Assembly: GCA_041690295.1 (NCBI GenBank)
Contig: JAWLHR010000026.1
Location: forward strand, 1 to 35,737
Direction of reading: 5' to 3'
DNA length: 35,737 bases
Origin: Bdellovibrionales bacterium
GTDB lineage: Bacteria; Bdellovibrionota; Bdellovibrionia; Bdellovibrionales; UBA1609
In this document: positions 35,705 through 35,737 of the stretch, piece after piece
Position numbering within the stretch: the first letter of the stretch is position 1
Layout of the letters: every line of letters begins with the position of its first letter
The notes under the pieces: model-generated
Database searches by the model: none
The model's input: the letters and a program-made list of their open reading frames with translations, nothing else
Told to the model about the DNA's origin: nothing
Program-made: the position numbers and the translations under genes

Positions 35705-35737
35705 TTACGCCGCCACCTCGTCAAGTTCGAGTTGGAT

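Overview
Bacterial chromosomal window with no CRISPR array, rRNA or intact transposase. A Bdellovibrionota-like predator is inferred from the style of the secreted proteins, the QGC lipobox and a FliA-type promoter; this is not proven. Left end: the AT-rich edge of a probable integrated element abutting the 3' end of tRNA-Thr(CGT). About 0.7-9.3 kb: a stress/dormancy-like cluster (erythromycin-esterase family, PAS histidine kinase, PRTase-hydrolase fusion, two DksA/TraR proteins, RNase Z-like, PEBP, Hsp20), several genes of which carry sigma54-type -24/-12 boxes. About 9.3-16.5 kb: antiporter, DUF2905, His-loop beta-barrel, MscL, a DUF1554 remnant, Xth, a dienelactone hydrolase, and an NsrR-like regulator whose operator sits directly in front of a CxxCH lipoprotein. 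About 16.5-24.4 kb: secreted proteins, including two tandem HExxH paralogues and a BlaI + M56/lytic-transglycosylase fusion with twin palindromic operators. About 24.4-29.1 kb: a patchwork of gene remnants, a SufR-like regulator facing a hemerythrin/FmdE/NUDIX/ZIP operon, and a short DnaB-like gene. Right end: membrane methyltransferase coupled to a UvrD-family helicase, and a modular Cys-rich secreted protein. Family calls come from motifs recognised by eye; no searches were run.
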